Assembly: GCA_047495785.1 (NCBI GenBank)
Contig: JBLDXI010000024.1
Span: 2,542,001 to 2,606,000 of the forward strand
Reading direction: 5' to 3'
Source of the DNA: Lepidodermella squamata
Taxonomy: Eukaryota > Animalia > Gastrotricha
DNA: 64,000 bases
Below the pieces are notes generated by a model. The model was not told where the DNA came from, made no database searches, and was given only the letters and a program-made list of their open reading frames with translations. Numbering within the stretch: the first letter of the stretch is position 1; each line of letters begins with the position of its first letter. A program made the translations under genes and the position numbers. Shown here in pieces: positions 58,721 to 64,000 of this stretch.

Positions 58721-61123
58721 ATGCATCTTGCTATTCAGCTGATAACCTATAATTTCTTGGTAATCTCCACATACCGTACTGTTGCTCAGGACCAGAGGAA
58801 GTACACTTTGGAGCTTTTGGATCTCATCCCGATCGCAGGGCCACCTCCTAGAAATGGGAAAGAGTGTCGATTTGCCTCAGAAGCAATCATCAACTACATT
58901 CATGCGAAACGACCTGATATTTTACCGGAATACCGTCTCTCCCTCAGAATTGCTGACGAAGGTCTCGATGGGGTGAGATCTGTCGGCACTGCAGTTCAAT
59001 TTTTGCGCGATTTTGAGCCAAATCCGGGCAATCAACCTGAACAAACTAAATTTGCGGCTCCTGTTGTAGTTTCCGGATTCAATACACCTGGCTGCATCTC
59101 AATCGGCAAAAGCCTCCATCACGTCGGCATGGTGTCCTTCTCCGCCTCTTGCGCTGGTCCCATGTTCGCAGATCGGAATATCTATAAAAACATGTATTTG
59201 AATCGCTTGACCACAACAACGATGAGCTACGGCCAACTGCGATTTATCAAGGACTTCGGGAAATGGGATAAGATCGCAATCCTAGCCAATCTTGGAAACG
59301 ATGCCAGTTTCGCATCTGCGACATTCATGCTCAAAATTGCTGTATCAAAAGGCGTATCCGTTGTTTGGTTCGATGGTGTGATGAACTTTAACGATATCGG
59401 CCCAATGGTTTCTTTGAGGAAGAGCGATGCAAGGATTATTGTTTTCTGGAACTTCACGGCTAGCCTAACCTGGCAATTCCTTTGCGTTGCCTACCTACTT
59501 GGAATGACTGGTGGTCGATATGTTTTCATTCTTCAAAACTCTCAGTTCCAAGCTTCAGATACGATTCCTCTCAATATAGCCGGGGTCAAGGGCTGCACTA
59601 GGGAGATAGTGGTCGAACAATACAAATATTCGATTGGGACAGGGCAGAGCTTTGTTCCTTATGACAAGAATGTCCCTTCTTATCTTGGCTACACGGCCAA
59701 TGAGTTCGAGTCAATGTATGACGTTGCGGCAAATTACACAAAGGGCAACGATTACAGCTATCGTTTCCAGTGTCACGACGTCACAATGAGTGCCATCGTG
59801 ACGCTGCATAATGCTGAGATTCTGCTGAAGAAAAACTACGGGAACATCACCCTCCGCAACTTTTTCAGCCATCGTGACATCGTTTCAAAGGCACTTAACG
59901 ATTCGGCGATTAATCTGGACTACGCAGGTCTCAGGACCGGACGCATTAAGTATAGCAACAAAACGGGTGAACTTGTTTCTGACTTCACGACTATCACGTA
60001 CTGGGATGGCAGTAAGTTGATTGATATCGGAGCTGTTTTGCAGAAAGATGACACGCTGGGACGAGATGTTGATGATTTTCGGATCAATGTTGTCCTGAAA
60101 ACTCCTATTCCTTGGGCAACCAACGACGGCCAACCTCCCAGTGATGAGCCAACCCTTGTTGTAGCACTCCTCGCAATCCCCGCGGGCCTCTCAGTGGCAG
60201 TCTACGCTTTAGCCGGTTTTCTGGTTCTGGTAACATCGACTCTAGCAATTTACGGCATAGCGAGGACAAAATGCTGCGAAAAACCTTTAAAAGCAGTTGG
60301 AGCAGGGGCAAATCTTGGATTGTACATTGTAGCGATTCTATTCATCGCCGATGATCTTGGGGAAACCTCAGCAATTGCTGATTTCAGAATCGCACTCCTT
60401 GTAGTCTCATTATCTATCGTGAACTCGATATTCTACGCTCGTATTCAAACCTCCCGAGAGCTTATATCAGGAATTAAGGCGGGGCAGTACTTGAGAAATT
60501 GGAAGTTAAAGTCCCAACTAACAAATAATTCTCCGAAAAAGTCAGACCAGATCGAAAAACCTACGAGAATCTCGATGATTTCTGAAACTCAAGTTATTCG
60601 AAGAGCTACCTGCAGTTTCAGTGTTACTAAACCTGAAGAAATTTCCACCATTCCATCTCTGAGGTCCCTCCGCGTCGTAGGTCTTTTTACCGGGTTGAAT
60701 ATCGCTCTGGTCACAATTTGGCTCTCAATGGATCCACTGAACTGTATCCGTTTATCCTATGAGCCAATCTATGACGAGATTTCTGACACCTATACAACGT
60801 TTCAGTCCCAAATCTGTTATGGGGAGTATCACATCTATTGGATGTACTCTTTGGCTGGTCTCCACGCTCTTTTGCTATTCATTGCATGCGTCCAGGCTTA
60901 CCAGCTCTTCAAATCAGGAGCCGCTAAAAAGATTTGCGAATTCAAAGTTATGACTCTGGGACTTGCTAATGCCACAACTATTTTCTTGGCATCCTTTCTT
61001 GTTCTTTTGGTCATTCGCAGCCCGAGTGGGCAAGAAATTGCCGTTTCATTCATTTTAATGCTGTACGCCGCAACGTCATCCTGCAGTTGGTTTATCCCGT
61101 CATTCATTCAGAAAAGCTCCTGA
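58721..61123 (+). CDS. Intronless class C GPCR, GABA-B-receptor-like (Venus flytrap + 7TM, no cysteine-rich domain)
   Basis: Signal peptide from ATG 58721. ANF/VFT motifs (ILPEYRLSL, FGKWDKIAIL, SLRKSDARIIV, FLCVAYLLGMTGGRYVFIL). Seven hydrophobic helices with TM4 W..DPL; very short C-tail. Confidence 0.85.
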   Translation: MHLAIQLITYNFLVISTYRTVAQDQRKYTLELLDLIPIAGPPPRNGKECRFASEAIINYIHAKRPDILPEYRLSLRIADEGLDGVRSVGTAVQFLRDFEPNPGNQPEQTKFAAPVVVSGFNTPGCISIGKSLHHVGMVSFSASCAGPMFADRNIYKNMYLNRLTTTTMSYGQLRFIKDFGKWDKIAILANLGNDASFASATFMLKIAVSKGVSVVWFDGVMNFNDIGPMVSLRKSDARIIVFWNFTASLTWQFLCVAYLLGMTGGRYVFILQNSQFQASDTIPLNIAGVKGCTREIVVEQYKYSIGTGQSFVPYDKNVPSYLGYTANEFESMYDVAANYTKGNDYSYRFQCHDVTMSAIVTLHNAEILLKKNYGNITLRNFFSHRDIVSKALNDSAINLDYAGLRTGRIKYSNKTGELVSDFTTITYWDGSKLIDIGAVLQKDDTLGRDVDDFRINVVLKTPIPWATNDGQPPSDEPTLVVALLAIPAGLSVAVYALAGFLVLVTSTLAIYGIARTKCCEKPLKAVGAGANLGLYIVAILFIADDLGETSAIADFRIALLVVSLSIVNSIFYARIQTSRELISGIKAGQYLRNWKLKSQLTNNSPKKSDQIEKPTRISMISETQVIRRATCSFSVTKPEEISTIPSLRSLRVVGLFTGLNIALVTIWLSMDPLNCIRLSYEPIYDEISDTYTTFQSQICYGEYHIYWMYSLAGLHALLLFIACVQAYQLFKSGAAKKICEFKVMTLGLANATTIFLASFLVLLVIRSPSGQEIAVSFILMLYAATSSCSWFIPSFIQKSS

Positions 61124-61324
61124 AGAGAAGATATACACATTCAAAAATTAAGAAAAAAACTCACCCCGTCAGGGGCTCCATAGTGACCGTGAATGAAGTG
61201 CGTGGGTTTTTTGTAAGGGTTCGTTTTTTTCTTTGAAAGCACACCCACACTCATTTTCCTTGTGTATTTAAGCTGGACTTTTCTCGTGTTTCAAAAAACT
61301 GAACGTATTTACTTTCCATTCACG

Positions 61325-62032
61325 ATGGCGTTTTTCTATAATTTGATCATCCTATCATCCATTATCGCTTTGCACAGCACATCCGCAATAACGGTTCCTG
61401 TTTTCGAGCAATATGCTGTCGCGAGAAATTACAAGCCAAGCTGTGTCTCGACTAAGTCTCTGACTAGAGACTGTCCCCTGACGGTGTTTTCCTGTAGCCG
61501 GAAGAACTGCACTGAGAAGAACCCGTGTCCAACTTTAGTTGAAGATCCGCAGGAATCGTGCGATATTGTCGGCAATTTGTGCCAAATGAGCGAATGGGAG
61601 AGCACGCCTGACGAAGATAGCTACTTTTCCAAGCAGCGGCTGAGCAGTGATTTCCCGATATGCGGTCACATTCCTTACGTTCCTTTCGCCTCCCTTTCTT
61701 TGTCTGGGATGCCATCAAATATCGTTCTCAACTACACCTGCCTCCCCGGTCATCCGAACACTCTAGCTGATGAAAATACAAGCATTTTCACGTGTAATGG
61801 AGCTTCTAGGCAGTGGGTGGGCAAAGAGTTGAAATGCACAAGTCTTTGCGGTGATTACCCCTACTTTTTCGATACGTATGTCCGCCAATCGACTACTGTT
61901 GAGGTCGAAAACGGCGTCATTACAGCGAAATACGAATGCGACCCAGGTTTGAAGTTGGTGAGTGGCGACTTGGAGCAAAAGTGTTCGCCACCTTACGCAG
62001 GCTGGGTTGGAGAAAAACCTGTTTGCCAATGA
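61325..62032 (+). CDS. Small secreted intronless protein (~235 aa): signal peptide, Cys-rich PAN-like region, two sushi/CCP domains; homologous to the PAN-CCP-CCP module of the polycystin-like genes
   Basis: MAFFYNLIILSSIIALHSTSA leader. NYTCLPG..TCNGASRQWVG..KCTSLCGDYP..YECDPGLKLVSGDLEQKCSPPYAGWVGEKPVCQ aligns with copy 4 NYTCLAG..TCNTTTKRWVG..RCSTLCGSYP..YQCMAGFTLVSGNLSQVCQPPYGAWIGDSPLCQ. AATAAA at 62071. Confidence 0.85.
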   Translation: MAFFYNLIILSSIIALHSTSAITVPVFEQYAVARNYKPSCVSTKSLTRDCPLTVFSCSRKNCTEKNPCPTLVEDPQESCDIVGNLCQMSEWESTPDEDSYFSKQRLSSDFPICGHIPYVPFASLSLSGMPSNIVLNYTCLPGHPNTLADENTSIFTCNGASRQWVGKELKCTSLCGDYPYFFDTYVRQSTTVEVENGVITAKYECDPGLKLVSGDLEQKCSPPYAGWVGEKPVCQ

Positions 62033-62070
62033 TAATTGACCGTTTTAATGACTTCATTTTATGAAAAAGC

Positions 62071-62096
62071 AATAAACACCTGTGCTCTGTTTTATT
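62071..62096. terminator. Convergent polyadenylation signals
   Basis: AATAAA on + at 62071-62076 after the CCP gene, and TTTATT (AATAAA on -) at 62091-62096 after the minus-strand GPCR. Confidence 0.55.
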
Positions 62097-62123
62097 CATG
62101 TGTGTTGTTTTACCAATTAACAT

Positions 62124-64000
62124 TCAAGAGTGTGAAACCCTAGAAACTCGACTAGATCTTCGAGAATCTGAGTTCAAGGTCAATGGAACGCGAGGTTTGA
62201 AAATAAGCGGAAAGAACACAATAGCGTGCGTCGAAAACGATACAATGATGCAGGAGATAGATATGACGATATCTTGTGCTAAGGGTACATATTCCATAAT
62301 GAAAAAAATTGCAATTGTTGCCAGGAACAAAGTCGAGATATTGACAACAGCAACCAAAAAGTGTTTATCACTCGCTTGTTTGAATCTTGCTGATCTGAGT
62401 TGGTAAGCGATAGCGCAAGAAGAAGCGAGTAGGGTGGCATGAATGATTAAGAGGGCTTCAAATTGGAGATCTCGGCTGGCTGAGTAGCATGAGTCGACGA
62501 AACTGTCGATAAAAGCGTCTTCAATCTCATCATAGTCTGACAAAGCTCTAACAGGGAAGCTTTTCTTGACCGGCGGAAATATTATGAACACGATAGCTAG
62601 GGTTAGTAATACCGCGCCAGAGAAGGTTAAACTGCCAAATATAATTTTCTGCTCTCTTTCGTTTGACAATTCAACTACCGAGATGCTGAAATCAATTGAG
62701 GCTTTCCCAAATGAACGTGTTCTAAGCCTCGGTCTGATGTAATCTTTCGAGGCCCTTTTCAGCAGATAAACTTTCAGAAAAAGATAGCTAGATGTCATAG
62801 CAAATCCGAGAACTAGAATCACTGGACGAGCGATGCAAAGTCCATCGCCGAGATCTGAGAGATTCAAAGCGAACAGAATGGCAGATACTGCTAGTAGCAA
62901 GCACCCTATTGTGAAGATCACATCCCCAATCTTTTGCCTTATAAATATTGCGCCTTGCGCTTTGAAAGATGAAGTTACGAGCAGAGATAGAATGAACAAA
63001 ATCGAAAGACTGGAGAACACAATCAATGCATATCTTCCAGCTGAAGAAATGTTCATAGTTATTCTCACAGATTTCGCAAAGTCTCGCGGGCGATCCCAGT
63101 TGATGTTGGAAACTTTCTCAAGCTTCAAACTTTTTACATCGTAATCCTCAGAATTCAAACGAATTGTTCGATAGTGTAGGGTTAAACCGTTTTCGCGAGT
63201 CCATCGAGCAAAGTAATTCGGTTCTTCGTCCATTTCTAACCGAGCGCTGTACCTTACCCGGCCAACTCTTAACCCATCAAAGTCAGTTAGCTGCATACTT
63301 TGATTAACAGCCAACATCACGTCCATCGGTTTCGATCGATAGTCCTTTAGAGACATGTTTTTGATGATCAAAGCCTTCTCAGCGCGGTCGAGAGCAAGTA
63401 TGTCCATAAGTTGCCGATCGTAGCACCCAGTTCTGTCCTCAAAATCTGCAGGGAGCCGAGAAGGGTTCGAGTTCGATGTGAGAGCATCGTCCAATATCTT
63501 TGTGCTGTAATTGAGATAGCTTGAAGACGCGAAGTTCTCAAAAGAAGATTGCGCTGTTCCGTATAAGATAATTCGCTCGTACTGGTCGATCATCACGTTC
63601 TTAGTGCACCCGTCCGGGCTTATGTCAGGTTGCGTTCTCGGGTCCAATGAGACCGCGTGCGGTGCGATAAAAACATACCTCGAGCGACGCATTCCAGATT
63701 TGAAAGCGAGGCATAGGAACGACATGATCACCGGCACTTCGACAATCTGTAACACAATGATCCTCGCTCCGCTTGCCTTCATAGCAGTGACAACAGCAGA
63801 GTTCACGCCAGAGGCAGCGTCAAAGAAAATGAGTTGAATGCCTTGCTGCATGGATTGATAGTAAAACCCAATCGCTTGCATTGTGTTGTACTGATTATCA
63901 GCGTTTGCGTACTGAGCCACCTTCAACCAGCCATTTTCTTTGAGAAACAGAATCAAAGCTATGTTGTTCAACTCGGCGGGCAATCGAGTTCGGAAGAGGT
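62124..64000 (-). CDS. Second intronless GABA-B-like class C GPCR, N-terminus beyond the window edge
   Basis: Frame is open to the window end (LFRTRLPAELNNIA...). FLKENGWLKVA, MKASGARIIV, FLCLAFKSGM..RYVFI, then 7 TM with LCIARP at TM3 and FFPLIF at TM7. Confidence 0.85.
   Translation of the reverse strand, partial: LFRTRLPAELNNIALILFLKENGWLKVAQYANADNQYNTMQAIGFYYQSMQQGIQLIFFDAASGVNSAVVTAMKASGARIIVLQIVEVPVIMSFLCLAFKSGMRRSRYVFIAPHAVSLDPRTQPDISPDGCTKNVMIDQYERIILYGTAQSSFENFASSSYLNYSTKILDDALTSNSNPSRLPADFEDRTGCYDRQLMDILALDRAEKALIIKNMSLKDYRSKPMDVMLAVNQSMQLTDFDGLRVGRVRYSARLEMDEEPNYFARWTRENGLTLHYRTIRLNSEDYDVKSLKLEKVSNINWDRPRDFAKSVRITMNISSAGRYALIVFSSLSILFILSLLVTSSFKAQGAIFIRQKIGDVIFTIGCLLLAVSAILFALNLSDLGDGLCIARPVILVLGFAMTSSYLFLKVYLLKRASKDYIRPRLRTRSFGKASIDFSISVVELSNEREQKIIFGSLTFSGAVLLTLAIVFIIFPPVKKSFPVRALSDYDEIEDAFIDSFVDSCYSASRDLQFEALLIIHATLLASSCAIAYQLRSARFKQASDKHFLVAVVNISTLFLATIAIFFIMEYVPLAQDIVISISCIIVSFSTHAIVFFPLIFKPRVPLTLNSDSRRSSRVSRVSHS

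Overview
Eukaryotic (invertebrate animal-like) genomic DNA with very short GT-AG introns (mostly ~45-65 nt), so the ORF track fragments the real genes. About 57 kb is a head-to-tail tandem array of four giant genes (~15 kb period; copy 1 is 5'-truncated by the window). When I splice the exons by hand, each gene gives one ~3,300-aa (estimated) membrane protein: signal peptide - (EGFs in copy 4) - F5/8C discoidin-like domain - four fibrinogen-related domains (FReD) - PAN/apple - three sushi/CCP - 4 to 21 EGF repeats (mostly one per exon) - degenerate GAIN-like region with a furin site but no HL/T GPS motif - TM1 - PLAT - TM2-5 - TOP - polycystin channel domain. These are polycystin-1-like (PKD1L) receptor-channels with a lectin/pattern-recognition-type ectodomain. 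The ectodomain varies between copies, while the membrane part of copies 1-3 looks like a gene-conversion mosaic. Copy 2 has an in-frame stop in one skippable EGF exon. Also present: a frameshifted ankyrin-repeat gene and a remnant of its duplicate, two intronless GABA-B-like class C GPCRs, a small secreted protein homologous to the PAN-CCP-CCP module of the receptors, a palindromic Mutator-type element with TIRs and TSD, several foldback/MITE-like insertions and P-element-like footprints. All domain calls come from motif recognition by eye; no database search was run.
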